Numbered from the stretch's first letter, positions 9,496 to 19,236 are shown. The stretch is DNA of 48,883 bases from Candidatus Bipolaricaulia bacterium (GCA_042218715.1 JBDGQU010000097.1:1-48883), one strand, 5' to 3'. Notes: generated from the sequence alone by a model not told the origin. Numbers and translations: made by a program.

Positions 9496-9718
9496 CCAGT
9501 TGCGGGAGAACGGGGGTAATTTGCCGAGCTTCGGTCGGAAGATAAAAAGGAGGGTTGTAATAACATGTAGTGGTTTAATAATAATTGTGATGAATTTTCC
9601 TTTAAGCGAAGAGGGAGTTTTTTTCTGAAATTTTCGGTTTCTATCAACAAAAAGTTGTCGTGAAAGGCCGTGACTGCTCGTCAAAGCTCTTCTGATTTAC
9701 CCCATGCAGACCGTTTTG

Positions 9719-9747
9719 TTGCAAACTGTTCGGGTTCCCAGTAAAAT
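9719..9747 (+). promoter_or_regulatory. Putative sigma-70-type promoter for the ABC importer operon
   Basis: TTGCAA (9719-9724), N17, TAAAAT (9742-9747). Implies a 5' UTR of about 135 nt. Confidence 0.35.
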
Positions 9748-9890
9748 TTGATTTGCGAAAATTGGAAATTACAACTATAAACTTAGAGGGGGTGATAGGA
9801 AGAAGAAATACCATTATATTAGGCTTTTACAGGGGTCGGAAAGTTTTATTTGATATTTGTAATTCTTACAAACGACAGGAGGTTATATAG

Positions 9891-11801
9891 ATGAATTATA
9901 ACTTTAATAAAGGTCTTGTTCTGGTCCTTGCTTTTTCGTTGGTGGCGTCAGTTTTCGTTGCCGGCCTGGCACAGGACAAGCCAAAAATAAAGAATCCGAA
10001 TACCCTGACGATTGCGACGTCCGGAACTGCCAACACCCTGGATCCGGCGTACGCATACGACACTGCGAGCTCAAATATAATCACGAATGTCTACGAAGGG
10101 CTGCTTAAGTACCCGACCGGCAAAGTAGACGCCAATGAGAAGAAAGTAGAGGGCTATAGCGTAAGCAAATTAAAGCCCCTGCTTGCCACCAAGGTTCCGT
10201 CAAAGGAGAACGGGTTAATAAGAGAGATGCCTGGTGGTGGTTTGATTTACGAATTTCCAATAAGGGAAGGTGTTACCTTCCATAATGGCAACAAGCTCAC
10301 TCCCGAAGACGTGGAGTACTCCTTCGAGCGAGCAATGATCCAGGATAGGTCCGGTGGACCGGCTTGGATGATTCTAGACCCGCTCACTGGTTACGCAAGC
10401 GTCGAAAAACTGGTAGCCGACGTGGCCGGCAAGAAGAGCTTCAAAGAGACCACTAAAGAAGACAGGATGGCCGCCTTTAATTCCTACATCGACCCTGCGG
10501 TCGAGGTCAAAGGCCAGAGTGTGGTCTTTAGGCTGCCGAAGCCTTATCCTCCATTTCTCAACATTGTTGCTAACGTTGCTTCCTGGTCTTCCATAGTGGA
10601 CAAGCAATGGGTATCTTCCTCTTCCGTAGGAGGATGGCCCGGTACCGCGGAGTCCTGGCCTAAATACCACAATCCTGGTGGAGGGCAGGCAGCTGAGGAG
10701 TCCCCGCTTTACGACAAGATGAACGGGACCGGTCCGTTCAAGCTCAAACGCTGGGAGCCTGGGACCGAGGCCGTCTTTACCCGCTATGAGGACTACTGGA
10801 GGAAACCTGCCGACCTTCAGAAGGTCGTGTTCCAGAAGGTCAAAGAATGGAGTACCCGAAGGTTGAAACTTAGAAACGGTCAGGTAGACATTGCTTACAC
10901 CCCTCTACAGTTCCTTGGACAGGTCGAGGGAGCAAAAGGAATAACCGTACAGAAACACCTGCCAACAATTCAGATGAATCCCGTGGCCTTCTTCACCCAG
11001 GACGTAAAAACCAAGAACAACGACCTCGTTGGTTCCGGTAGCTGGGGAGACGGCATTCCTTCGAATTTCTTTAACGACATAAAGGTTAGGAAAGCATTTA
11101 ACTATGCCTTTCAGTACGAGGCATTCATCAACCAGGTACTGCAAGGTATGGGTTATAAGACCAACGGGCCTGTGCCCAAGAACATGGAACCGTTCTACAA
11201 CGATAACATAAAGCCTTATAGTTATAACCTTGACAAGGCCAAGGAGTTGCTCAAGGAAGCCCACGATGGCGAACTCTGGGAAAAAGGCTTCACGTTTACC
11301 ATACTTTACAACACAGGGAATACTTCAAGAAAAACGGCAGCCAGTATATTTGAGGCCAACATCGAGAAACTAAACGACAAATTCAATATAAAGGTCAGAG
11401 GCGTGGACTGGTCCACATATCTGGACAAAATGATCGGGCAAAAGATGCCAATATTTATCATCGGATGGATAGCTGACTTCCCCGATCCCCACAACTTCGT
11501 GAAGCCCTTCATGGCTTCCAACGGGACCTTCTCTGGCTGGCAGGGAAAGGGGATGGTAGAAATGGCAAAGAATAAGTTCGATCCGCTAATAGATAAGGCC
11601 ATGGCCACCACGGATACCCAAAAGCGGAAGGAAATTTACTACGAGCTTCAGAAAATGGCCCACGATCTCGCGATCGACGTCTTTCTGCCTCAGGCAGAAG
11701 GTACCCGAGTTATGAGGAGCTGGGTACAGGACGTGCCGTTTAACCCGATGTACTCGGAAGAATGGACGTACGTGTATCCGATAGACAAGTATTACGAATA
11801 A
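9891..11801 (+). CDS. ABC transporter substrate-binding protein, family 5 (peptide/nickel, OppA/DppA-like)
   Basis: 636 aa. Cleavable signal peptide (VAGLA/QD), SBP_bac_5-like pattern (TLDPA, YEGLL, WIADFPDPHNF). Followed by two cognate permease genes. Confidence 0.85.
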   Translation: MNYNFNKGLVLVLAFSLVASVFVAGLAQDKPKIKNPNTLTIATSGTANTLDPAYAYDTASSNIITNVYEGLLKYPTGKVDANEKKVEGYSVSKLKPLLATKVPSKENGLIREMPGGGLIYEFPIREGVTFHNGNKLTPEDVEYSFERAMIQDRSGGPAWMILDPLTGYASVEKLVADVAGKKSFKETTKEDRMAAFNSYIDPAVEVKGQSVVFRLPKPYPPFLNIVANVASWSSIVDKQWVSSSSVGGWPGTAESWPKYHNPGGGQAAEESPLYDKMNGTGPFKLKRWEPGTEAVFTRYEDYWRKPADLQKVVFQKVKEWSTRRLKLRNGQVDIAYTPLQFLGQVEGAKGITVQKHLPTIQMNPVAFFTQDVKTKNNDLVGSGSWGDGIPSNFFNDIKVRKAFNYAFQYEAFINQVLQGMGYKTNGPVPKNMEPFYNDNIKPYSYNLDKAKELLKEAHDGELWEKGFTFTILYNTGNTSRKTAASIFEANIEKLNDKFNIKVRGVDWSTYLDKMIGQKMPIFIIGWIADFPDPHNFVKPFMASNGTFSGWQGKGMVEMAKNKFDPLIDKAMATTDTQKRKEIYYELQKMAHDLAIDVFLPQAEGTRVMRSWVQDVPFNPMYSEEWTYVYPIDKYYE

Positions 11802-11879
11802 ATAAATGTAAGTCGTTCACAAAGTGGGGCAGTTCGTCCTGCCCCACTTTTCGTTTAATTCTGTCGAGGGGAATTTTCA

Positions 11880-12914
11880 ATGATTTCATACATATCACGG
11901 AGAGTTCTCGTTCTGCCTTTCGTATTGTTTGGGATATTGCTCATTATTTTTGGCATGATACAGCTTCTGTCGGTCAACCAGAGGCTTTCTACGTACATAT
12001 CGAGTCCGGCTGAGTTAAAAAATACGAAACCGGAAGTTCTTATAGAACAATACGGGTTGAACGATCCGGTCTGGGTAAGGTTCGGCAGGTGGATTGATGA
12101 CGTGGTGCATTTGCGGTTCGGCTGGTCCGAAAGCGCTAAGATGACGGCGAAACAAGCCTTTGCGGAATATTTCCCTGTTTCGATGGAACTGGCGCTATGG
12201 TCCGTCTTGCCTATAGTAGTTGTGGGGGTTTGGTTGGGAACGGTTTCCGCGGTGAACCATAATAACGTAATCGATCATATTACTAGGGTATTTGCCATAG
12301 TTGGCTGGTCGCTCCCGTCGTTTGTGGCTGGATTGGTTTTATTGATGCTCTTTTACGGGGGGTTGGTAACCTGGTTTCCGCCCGGTAGACTTGGGCTGGA
12401 GGCGTCGGAGATCGTTCATTCGGCCCAGTTTGTTCGTTATACCCGCATGAATACGATCGATGCAGTGCTGAACTGGAACTGGTTCGTGTTTGCTGATGCC
12501 GTTCAGCATATTATTTTACCCGCTATAGTCATGTCTTACGTTAGATGGGCCATGCTGTTGAGGATCATGCGGTCCAGCCTGCTGGAGACGCTGCGAAAGA
12601 ATTACGTACAAACTGCGAGGGCTAAGGGTTTAAAGGAAAGTGTAGTTATAAAAAAGCACGCCAGGAGAAATGCTTTGATTCCCGTAGTTACAATTGCCGG
12701 GATTTACGTGGCCTTTCTGATAAACGGCCTAGTTATTACGGAAACGATATTCAACTGGCATGGACTGGGCAGGTGGGCAGTTACGGCGGCGCAGCAATTT
12801 GACACTTCATCGTTAATGTTATTCGCTTTATTTAACGGAGTGTTGTTGGTAGTGGCTAACTTGGTTGTAGATCTGATTTACGCTTATCTAGACCCAAGGG
12901 TTACCTACGATTAA
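11880..12914 (+). CDS. ABC transporter permease (OppB/DppB-like)
   Basis: 344 aa, multiple TM segments, EAA-type motif region (YVQTARAKGLKESVVIKKHARRNALIPVVT). Confidence 0.88.
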   Translation: MISYISRRVLVLPFVLFGILLIIFGMIQLLSVNQRLSTYISSPAELKNTKPEVLIEQYGLNDPVWVRFGRWIDDVVHLRFGWSESAKMTAKQAFAEYFPVSMELALWSVLPIVVVGVWLGTVSAVNHNNVIDHITRVFAIVGWSLPSFVAGLVLLMLFYGGLVTWFPPGRLGLEASEIVHSAQFVRYTRMNTIDAVLNWNWFVFADAVQHIILPAIVMSYVRWAMLLRIMRSSLLETLRKNYVQTARAKGLKESVVIKKHARRNALIPVVTIAGIYVAFLINGLVITETIFNWHGLGRWAVTAAQQFDTSSLMLFALFNGVLLVVANLVVDLIYAYLDPRVTYD

Positions 12915-12915
12915 G

Positions 12916-13794
12916 ATGAAGAAAATTAAAAAGTTATTTAAAAATCCTCTGTCAATAACCGGTATAATAATCCTTTTATTTTACATAGTGATTGCCGTTG
13001 CAGCTCCCTGGATTGCTCCGCCCGAAAACCCAGAGGAACCGTATCAACTTCCGAGGGACGGTTGGAGTTCTACTCCGAAACCGCCGGGCGAGGGACATAT
13101 ATTTGGCACGACTCAGGGTCAGTACGACATATTCTACGGCGTGGTATGGGGAACCAGGACTGCCTTCAGGGTTTCGTTGATGGTAGTGGGGATTTCTGGC
13201 TTGATCGGTATATTCATTGGAACCCTGGCGGCTTTTTACGGGGGTTTCTTAGATGGTGTACTGATGCGTATCGTCGACGTGTTCTATTCCATCCCGTATC
13301 TGGTTGCCGCTATGGTGCTGACTACTGTCCTCGGTAGGAGTTTGACCAATGCCCTTGTGGCGTTAATCGTGTTTGGTTGGATGGGCTACGCCCGTCTAAT
13401 CCGGGGGAACATACTGTCTGTGAAAGAGGAAGAGTACGTTTCAGCCGCCAATGCCGTAGGGGCTAACGACTTTCGGATAGTGTTCAGGCATATTCTACCC
13501 AATTCCATTTTCCCCGTAGTAGTTCAGGCTTCAATGAACATGGGGACGATAGTTATCGCAGCGGCAACGTTGAGCTTTCTCGGAGTGGGGGCTCCTGCCG
13601 GCTACGCGGATTGGGGGCAGATGATAAGCTTTGCCAGGAACTGGATACTTGGAACTCAGGAAAATCCTTTTAAGTACTGGTATACTGTGGTCATTCCCGG
13701 CGGGGCTATTACTCTCTTCTGCCTTTCCTGGAATCTTATCGGAGACGCGTTCAGGGATATTATGGACCCGAAGATGCAGGGCGGTGGGGTTTAA
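12916..13794 (+). CDS. ABC transporter permease (OppC/DppC-like)
   Basis: 292 aa. EEYVSAANAVGANDFRIVFRHILPN motif; starts 1 nt after the upstream permease. Confidence 0.88.
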   Translation: MKKIKKLFKNPLSITGIIILLFYIVIAVAAPWIAPPENPEEPYQLPRDGWSSTPKPPGEGHIFGTTQGQYDIFYGVVWGTRTAFRVSLMVVGISGLIGIFIGTLAAFYGGFLDGVLMRIVDVFYSIPYLVAAMVLTTVLGRSLTNALVALIVFGWMGYARLIRGNILSVKEEEYVSAANAVGANDFRIVFRHILPNSIFPVVVQASMNMGTIVIAAATLSFLGVGAPAGYADWGQMISFARNWILGTQENPFKYWYTVVIPGGAITLFCLSWNLIGDAFRDIMDPKMQGGGV

Positions 13795-13965
13795 AAAAGG
13801 TTACTGATTCACACGCTTTGACCGACCTGATGAACCAAGTTCCTGGAGATAAGAGAAAATTTATTTTAGCTTTTGGGGAGAGTGGGTTACCTAAGAACTG
13901 GCACGGATGAACTCCTCCCTCGGACCTGGTTCTACGGTCGGTGGCTGCGAATCACGGATGGAGCA

Positions 13966-13994
13966 TTGTGCTATTTAACCCTTTATGCTATACT
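13966..13994 (+). promoter_or_regulatory. Possible sigma-70-type promoter upstream of the EF-G paralog operon
   Basis: TTGTGC (13966-13971), N17, TATACT (13989-13994). Confidence 0.25.
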
Positions 13995-14074
13995 CCTTTA
14001 GGTTTTGGCCGATCGGATTATTTATCAGGTTGAGGTATCTATTTTATTTTCAGGTAAGTTGAGGTGGTAGTTTC

Positions 14075-16009
14075 ATGGCAAATTCAAAATCCTTGAGTTT
14101 GATTGGACACTCCGGTACGGGAAAGTCGAAGCTAGCGGAAAAGTTCTTAAGAATTAGCGGAATGGATGGCGATATAACTTTCGACCCGTCACAGGAGGAA
14201 CAAGACCACGGGCACTCGATTGATTTAGGTGTGGGCTCGGTTAAGTATAAAGGACAGACCTGGAATGTGCTCGATACACCCGGGGCGGAAGAGTTTGTGG
14301 AAGAGGTCTATAAGGGAGTTTTTGCTTCTGAAGCCTCTTTAATGTTACTGGATTCCGCGAAAGGTGTTCAGGCCCATACGGAGAAGGTCTGGAACGTATC
14401 GCAAAAGTACGAGAATCCCACCGGAATTCTGGTGAACAAGATGGATCAGGCGGAAACGGATTTCGAGGGAGTAATCTCTGAACTCAGGGAGCAGTTTGAC
14501 AAGAATTTTATCGTTCTTCAAATCCCGGTCTTCGAGGAGGACGAGTTCGTCGGGTTCGTTGACGTTCTAGAGGAAAAGACGGTTTATTTCGACGGAAAAG
14601 AAGATGAGGTACCCGATAAACTAGAAGATGAATTTGACGAGGAAAGAGAGAACCTATTGGAAGCCCTGGCGGAAGTGGACGATGAACTGATGATGAAGTA
14701 CCTGGAAGAAGAGGAGATCACCAAAGAAGACACGGATAGGGCGCTTAAAAAAGGATTTGCGGCCGACGAGTTTTCTCCGGTATTTGTTTCCTCCGTGGAA
14801 GAAAATGCCAGCGTTGACGTTCTTTTCGAAAGGTTAACAGAGGTCGTTCCGGAGTTCGAGCCCGAGGCCGGGGGGAGATCGGACCTGCTCGTGTTTAATA
14901 AACTTTCCGATCCCTATCTCGGTAAGTTGGCTTTTGTCAAAATTTACGGAGAGGAACTTCAGGAAGGGGCTTCGTTGAGAAACCTTCGCACAAGTCAAGA
15001 TGTGGATGTTACCGACATATACAGATATCACGGCGGGGATCAGGAGAGCGTGCACGAGGCCGACCAAGGGGATATAGTAGCGCTGGGCAAACTAGAAGAT
15101 ATTGCCCTTGGAGATACGCTGACTGACACAGGAGAGAAGGAAATTGAGTTCGTGGACTTTCCCCGGCCTGTATATGATAGGGCAGTTAAACCGAGGAGCC
15201 GAGAGGACGAGAGTAAGATGAGTACGGCCCTGAAAGAGCTGGTTGCAAACAAGGCAACGATAACTTACCACAGGGACGAAGTCACGGAAGAAATGATACT
15301 TTCCGGTATGGGCGCCAACCACCTCGAGATATTTAAAGAGCGGCTGAAAAATGGATTCAACGTAGAAATTGACATGGCAGAACCCAGAGTTCCTTACAAG
15401 CAGAGTATAGCCAAAGAAGCTGATACTAAATATCGTCACAAGAAACAATCCGGGGGTCGGGGACAGTATGGAGAGGTATATTTGCGGCTGACTCCGCTTT
15501 CCAGAGGTTCGGGGTTCGAGTTTGTAAACGAGATAAAGGGAGGAAATATCCCGACTCAATTTATCCCCGGAGTGGAAAAAGGCATCAAGGAGGCTCTGGA
15601 CGAGGAGTATCCGATCACCGACGTCCAAGCTACTGTGTACGATGGTGATCATCACCCGGTCGATTCCTCGGAAATGGCCTTCAAGATAGCTGGTCGAGAG
15701 GCGTGTAATAAGGCGGTAGAACAGGCGGGAGCCATCTTGCTGGAGCCAATAATGAAAGTTAAAGTAACTACACCCGGAGACTTTACCGGTGATATAATTA
15801 GTGACCTCAACGGAAGGCGCGGCAGGATTTTAGGTTCCGACACTGCCGACGGTTACACGGTAATTGAGGCAGAAGTACCTCAGGCGGAGGTCATGAATTA
15901 CGCAACCAGGTTAAAATCACTGACCCAGGCAAAAGCTTCTTTTCAGATGGAATTCGTCAGGTATAAGAAGGTACCAAGCAATATCGCCTCGGAAATTCTC
16001 GATCGGTGA
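14075..16009 (+). CDS. Elongation factor G-like paralog (translational GTPase family) lacking the catalytic His
   Basis: 644 aa. G1 GHSGTGKS, G3 DTPGAEEF (canonical DTPGHVDF), G4 NKMD. Domain IV/V signature YDGDHHPVDSSEMAFKIAG is conserved. Confidence 0.8.
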   Translation: MANSKSLSLIGHSGTGKSKLAEKFLRISGMDGDITFDPSQEEQDHGHSIDLGVGSVKYKGQTWNVLDTPGAEEFVEEVYKGVFASEASLMLLDSAKGVQAHTEKVWNVSQKYENPTGILVNKMDQAETDFEGVISELREQFDKNFIVLQIPVFEEDEFVGFVDVLEEKTVYFDGKEDEVPDKLEDEFDEERENLLEALAEVDDELMMKYLEEEEITKEDTDRALKKGFAADEFSPVFVSSVEENASVDVLFERLTEVVPEFEPEAGGRSDLLVFNKLSDPYLGKLAFVKIYGEELQEGASLRNLRTSQDVDVTDIYRYHGGDQESVHEADQGDIVALGKLEDIALGDTLTDTGEKEIEFVDFPRPVYDRAVKPRSREDESKMSTALKELVANKATITYHRDEVTEEMILSGMGANHLEIFKERLKNGFNVEIDMAEPRVPYKQSIAKEADTKYRHKKQSGGRGQYGEVYLRLTPLSRGSGFEFVNEIKGGNIPTQFIPGVEKGIKEALDEEYPITDVQATVYDGDHHPVDSSEMAFKIAGREACNKAVEQAGAILLEPIMKVKVTTPGDFTGDIISDLNGRRGRILGSDTADGYTVIEAEVPQAEVMNYATRLKSLTQAKASFQMEFVRYKKVPSNIASEILDR

Positions 16010-16015
16010 GTTTAA

Positions 16016-16582
16016 ATGTTAGTAAGAGAATTTTTAAAAGAGGACCCCGCGTCGGCTAGAGAGGGAAAAACAGTCGCTGAGACGAGGGAATTGATGGAGG
16101 AAAACAACTTCCGGATTATTTTTGTCGTTGACGAAGAGGAAAAGCTTGTAGGTTTTCTAACCTACGATTCCATCAAGGACCAGCCGGGAGAAAAGCCAAT
16201 TGACGATTACCTTTCTCGATCTACCCTACACGCCGAAGTGACGGATACGATAGATAAGGCAGTAAGTATTATTAAAGAGTATAGCCTGATGGTTTTGCCC
16301 GTGGTCGATTCCGAGAGGAGACTGGTCGGCGTTCTGACGCCGGGTAGATTGTTTGAGGAATTTTCGGACTTGCTTAACTTCGGCCAGGGAGGATTTTGGA
16401 TAACTCTGCCCTGCGAAAAACCGGACGATATGGAAAAGGTCCTTTCGGTATTAAACGATCAGAACGTAGAGCTACTCAATCTACTCAGATCGGAGGGAGC
16501 GGACGAACGAAAGATGATCGTCAAAGTGGGTAAAGTCGAGGACGGTCAGGCTCTCAAGGAATCTCTGGCAGAGGTGGTGTAA
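16016..16582 (+). CDS. CBS-domain pair protein with C-terminal ACT-like extension
   Basis: 188 aa with two CBS-like repeats (FRIIFVVDEEEKLVGFLT; LMVLPVVDSERRLVGVLT). Starts 6 nt after the EF-G paralog. Confidence 0.7.
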   Translation: MLVREFLKEDPASAREGKTVAETRELMEENNFRIIFVVDEEEKLVGFLTYDSIKDQPGEKPIDDYLSRSTLHAEVTDTIDKAVSIIKEYSLMVLPVVDSERRLVGVLTPGRLFEEFSDLLNFGQGGFWITLPCEKPDDMEKVLSVLNDQNVELLNLLRSEGADERKMIVKVGKVEDGQALKESLAEVV

Positions 16583-16583
16583 T

Positions 16584-16973
16584 TTGAAAAAATTAGACGT
16601 AAATACTTCTTCCCGAGAGGAGTTGAAGGACATAACCTCACAGGTAAAAGGTGCCTTAGCCGAAATAGGCATTGAAGACGGTGTTTGTAATCTTTACGTA
16701 CCCCATACCACCGCGGGGGTAACGGTGAATGAATCGGCAGATCCCGACGTGGCTACGGACATAATAAGCCAGTTGAAGCAAATCGCTCCCCAGGGGAAGG
16801 GATACAGCCACAGAGAAGGGAACGCCGATTCCCACATAAAGTCAAGCCTGATAGGTAACACGGCCCAAATTTTCGTGGAAAACGGTAACCTTCAGCTGGG
16901 AACTTGGCAAGGTATATTTTTTGCCGAATTTGACGGACCAAGGTCGAGGAATATCTGGATAAAAGCCAGCTGA
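16584..16973 (+). CDS. YjbQ/UPF0047 family protein (secondary thiamine-phosphate synthase-like)
   Basis: 129 aa. TTG start 1 nt after the CBS gene stop. Shows the HTTAGVTVNESADPDV and SHIKSSLIG motifs of UPF0047. Confidence 0.8.
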   Translation: MKKLDVNTSSREELKDITSQVKGALAEIGIEDGVCNLYVPHTTAGVTVNESADPDVATDIISQLKQIAPQGKGYSHREGNADSHIKSSLIGNTAQIFVENGNLQLGTWQGIFFAEFDGPRSRNIWIKAS

Positions 16974-17026
16974 GCCTGGTCCCGTTGACATATAGAAACC
17001 ATTTCAGTAAAATTCATCTGCTCTTA

Positions 17027-17102
17027 GCCGGTGTAGCTCAATCGGCAGAGCAGTCGACTTGTAATCGACAGGTTGCCAGTTCGAGTCTGGCCGCCGGCTC
17101 CA
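17027..17102 (+). tRNA. tRNA-Thr (anticodon UGU), CCA encoded
   Basis: Cloverleaf folded by hand: acceptor gccggtg/cgccggc, anticodon loop cttgtaa, T-loop ttcgagt. Confidence 0.9.
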
Positions 17103-17160
17103 AGGGTGAAGTAGAGTCATTTCCGCCGATAGTTAGGTTTGGGAACTTAACCTGAGTCAT

Positions 17161-17246
17161 GGAGGGGTACCGAAGTGGCCAAACGGAGCGGACTGTAAAT
17201 CCGTTGGCAGTTGCCTTCGGGGGTTCAAATCCCTCCCCCTCCACCA
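17161..17246 (+). tRNA. tRNA-Tyr (anticodon GUA), class II long variable arm, CCA encoded
   Basis: Acceptor ggagggg/cccctcc, anticodon loop ctgtaaa, long variable arm, T-loop ttcaaat. Confidence 0.9.
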
Positions 17247-17266
17247 GTTCTTGCATCTTGCTTTAG

Positions 17267-17288
17267 CCGTCTCCTTCGGTTGAGACGG
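17267..17288 (+). other. 7-bp stem-loop between tRNA-Tyr and tRNA-Thr (possible processing or terminator hairpin)
   Basis: ccgtctc (17267-17273) pairs with gagacgg (17282-17288), loop cttcggtt, followed by a T-rich stretch. Confidence 0.25.
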
Positions 17289-17324
17289 TGGAAGTTTTGC
17301 AATATCATTTTATAATTCAGAGGT

Positions 17325-17400
17325 GCCCGTGTAGTTCAGGCGGTAGAACATCCCGTTGGTAATGGGAAGGTCGCCGGTTCGAATCCGGCCGCGGGCTCCA
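17325..17400 (+). tRNA. tRNA-Thr (anticodon GGU), CCA encoded
   Basis: Acceptor gcccgtg/cgcgggc, anticodon loop ttggtaa, T-loop ttcgaat. Confidence 0.9.
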
Positions 17401-17476
17401 GGACGAATATTTGTTCATCTGGTTAACCGTCTGGAAATAAAGTTTAGATATTATTCCAAATTTTAGGAGGTACACG

Positions 17477-18676
17477 ATGGCAAAAGAACATTTTGAGCGG
17501 GATAAACCGCACCTGAATATTGGGACGATTGGACATATTGACCATGGAAAGACGACTCTTACTTCTGCTATGACCAAGGTACTGGCCAATCAGGGTCTGG
17601 CAGAAACGCAAGAGTTCACCGACATCGATAATGCGCCTGAGGAGCAGGAGAGAGGAATCACAATTGCCGTCAGGCACGTGGAATACGAGACCGAAAATAG
17701 ACACTATGCCCACATAGATGCTCCCGGTCACGCGGATTACGTTAAAAACATGATCACCGGTGCGGCACAGATGGATGGGGCTATTTTAGTCGTTTCTGCT
17801 ACCGATGGGCCCATGCCTCAAACCCGCGAGCACGTCCTGCTTGCTCGCCAGGTTGGCGTACCTGCTATGTTGGTTTTCCTAAATAAAACGGATATGGTGG
17901 ACGATCCCGAATTGGTAGACCTCGTGGAAATGGAAGTCCGCGAATTGCTTAACGAATACGAATTTCCGGGTGACGAAGTTCCGATCATAAGAGGTTCCGC
18001 ACTGGAATCCATGGAAAGCGATGGGGACCCCGAGGCCGAGGTAAACAAGCCCATTATGGAGCTGGTTAACCAGCTTGACGAGTACGTACCGCTTCCGGAC
18101 AGAGACGAGGATAAGCCTTTCCTTATGCCGATTGAGGACGTATTTTCCATTAAAGGAAGGGGAACAGTTGCTACGGGACGGGTTGAGCGGGGCAGGGTAA
18201 CTCCGCAATCCGAAATAGAGATCGTCGGACTTCACGGGGACATAGTCCAGACCGTGGCCACGAGCCTGGAAATGTTCAATAAAACCATGGACGAAGCGAT
18301 TGCCGGAGATAACGTTGGAGTACTTCTCAGAGGAATAGACAAAGAAGAGATCGAGCGGGGTCAGGTTCTTGCTGAACCGGGAAGCATTACGCCTCACACT
18401 AAGTTTAAAGCGGAAGTTTACGTGCTGAGTAAGGATGAAGGTGGAAGGCATACTCCTTTCTTCGACGGGTACAAGCCCCAGTTTTACTTTAGAACAACCG
18501 ACGTTACCGGTACGATAAAACTGCCGGACGACGTTGAAATGGTTATGCCCGGTGATAACGTTACTCTGGAAGCTAGCTTGATTGACCATATCGCGATGGA
18601 AGAAGGTCTCAGGTTCGCGATCAGGGAAGGAGGAAAGACCGTAGGTGCAGGGGTAGTTACGGAAATTCTTGAATAA
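17477..18676 (+). CDS. tuf: Elongation factor Tu
   Basis: 399 aa. [17 protein letters not shown] and NKTD motifs; AGGAGG RBS; the conserved tRNA-tuf-rpmG-secE-nusG context. Confidence 0.98.
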   Translation: MAKEHFERDKPHLNIGTIGHIDHGKTTLTSAMTKVLANQGLAETQEFTDIDNAPEEQERGITIAVRHVEYETENRHYAHIDAPGHADYVKNMITGAAQMDGAILVVSATDGPMPQTREHVLLARQVGVPAMLVFLNKTDMVDDPELVDLVEMEVRELLNEYEFPGDEVPIIRGSALESMESDGDPEAEVNKPIMELVNQLDEYVPLPDRDEDKPFLMPIEDVFSIKGRGTVATGRVERGRVTPQSEIEIVGLHGDIVQTVATSLEMFNKTMDEAIAGDNVGVLLRGIDKEEIERGQVLAEPGSITPHTKFKAEVYVLSKDEGGRHTPFFDGYKPQFYFRTTDVTGTIKLPDDVEMVMPGDNVTLEASLIDHIAMEEGLRFAIREGGKTVGAGVVTEILE

Positions 18677-18702
18677 ATCAATAAATAACGGGAACGGTAT
18701 TG

Positions 18703-18852
18703 ATGCATAAAGAGCAAGTAATCTTAGTTTGTAGTGAATGTGGAAGACACAATTATCATACGGTAAAAAATCCTCGCAACGATAGCGATAAACTTGAGCT
18801 GAAGAAGCACTGTAAATGGTGTGATGAACATACAGTTCACAAGGAGAAATAG
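18703..18852 (+). CDS. rpmG: 50S ribosomal protein L33
   Basis: 49-aa ORF below the track cutoff: MHKEQVILVCSECGRHNYHTVKNPRNDSDKLELKKHCKWCDEHTVHKEK. It has a CxxC...CxxC zinc ribbon and the L33 pattern, in the canonical position between tuf and tRNA-Trp/secE. Confidence 0.85.
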   Translation: MHKEQVILVCSECGRHNYHTVKNPRNDSDKLELKKHCKWCDEHTVHKEK

Positions 18853-18870
18853 TTAAAATTATAGAATTAC

Positions 18871-18946
18871 AGGCCCGTAGCTCAATTGGGAGAGCGCCGG
18901 ACTCCAAATCCGAAGGTTGGGGGTTCAAGTCCTCCCGGGCCTGCCA
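18871..18946 (+). tRNA. tRNA-Trp (anticodon CCA), CCA end encoded
   Basis: Acceptor aggcccg/cgggcct, anticodon loop ctccaaa, T-loop ttcaagt. Confidence 0.9.
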
Positions 18947-18970
18947 GTGGAATTATGAGGTGTTGTCAAT

Positions 18971-19165
18971 TTGAAGTGGTTAGATAATGTGGTTTCGTTT
19001 TTGCGGAACGTTAGAGCGGAAATAAAAAAGGTAAGTTGGCCTTCCCAATCCGAAGTAATAACGATGACTATTCTTATTCTCGGAATGGTCATCTTATTAT
19101 CGGCATATATTGGTGGTGTAGACTTGGTTTACAGGCGCATCATCCAACAGATCTTATCCTTGTAA
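18971..19165 (+). CDS. secE: Preprotein translocase subunit SecE
   Basis: 64 aa, TTG start, single TM segment. EIKKVSWPS motif and position directly before nusG. Confidence 0.85.
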   Translation: MKWLDNVVSFLRNVRAEIKKVSWPSQSEVITMTILILGMVILLSAYIGGVDLVYRRIIQQILSL

Positions 19166-19236
19166 CAGCCGCTTGAACTTTCTCAGTTGGTATAGTGATA
19201 AAATTTCCTAGTTAAACGGGGAGCAAGTGGTGGATT

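Noticed and set aside
9463-9684. 73-aa minus-strand ORF in the hrcA / ABC importer intergenic region
   Set aside because: It overlaps CIRCE and the promoter. It has no RBS and an odd composition, so it is unlikely to be coding.
13920-13950. SRP (4.5S) RNA-like string (ccaggtccgagggaggag on the minus strand)
   Set aside because: There is no GNRA tetraloop, and the order of the caggtcc and gcagcc elements is opposite to SRP domain IV. It does not fold as an SRP helix 8.
15092-15655. 187-aa ORF on the minus strand
   Set aside because: Antisense to the EF-G paralog, with no family resemblance.
17879-18928. 349-aa ORF on the minus strand
   Set aside because: It lies antisense to tuf, rpmG and tRNA-Trp. 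The sequence is low-complexity and unlike any protein family. It is a shadow ORF produced by the codon bias of a highly expressed gene.
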